From assembly GCA_051294375.1 (NCBI GenBank), contig CM119266.1, positions 22,603,575 through 22,667,574 on the forward strand: a DNA stretch of 64,000 nt. Direction: 5' to 3'. The DNA is from Paraspadella gotoi. Its lineage: Eukaryota > Animalia > Chaetognatha. This document shows positions 63,754-64,000 of the stretch, piece by piece. Under the pieces are notes generated by a model. That model was not told the DNA's origin. It ran no database searches and saw only the letters and a program-made list of their open reading frames with translations. The translations under genes and the position numbers were made by a program. How positions within the stretch are numbered: the stretch's first letter is position 1; every line of letters starts with the position of its first letter.

Positions 63754-64000
63754 CTCGGTTTATGACGCGTAAAACTCGCCACAACAGAGGTCCGTCATTT
63801 ACCCGTCCGTCTCAATCGTTGAGGCGATCCATTACAGGTGCCGCTGCGTCAGCCGGTGGCGCAGGTGGCGCAGGTGACGCAGGTGCGACCTAATGTCGTT
63901 GAGTAAAAGCGAGTGTACGAGAATGCGAGTGCGCTTAAAGTGGAGAGCGCTCGTGCAGGTGCCGACTCTCGACGTTCTAAAGAATTCAGAATCGAGGGCG

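Overview
AT-rich, microsatellite-rich draft genomic DNA (N gaps) from a non-vertebrate animal. Two protein-coding genes can be supported, arranged tail-to-tail. One is a divergent TGF-beta-family ligand gene (+, 4399-6039) whose mature cystine-knot domain is one base out of frame with its prodomain. The other is a ~35-kb PDE10-like GAF-GAF cyclic-nucleotide phosphodiesterase gene (-, 42082-6577), with at least 22 exons assembled by hand. The PDE introns are filled with mobile elements: Penelope fragments with hammerhead motifs, two Tc1 derivatives, a decayed Ty3/gypsy, hAT/MITE/HINE-like elements and TTAGGG-rich foldbacks. The main finding is a set of short repeats from four divergent subfamilies with one shared layout: 5' GTGG..CCAC hairpin, tRNA-like Pol III head, circularly permuted (type P5) twister ribozyme, short tail. 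Between subfamilies, stems P3, P4, P5 and both pseudoknots covary, and P1 is a loopless palindrome, which suggests cleavage as a dimer. In 42-64 kb I could support only low-complexity or decayed repeats. All alignments and folds were done by eye; no searches were run.
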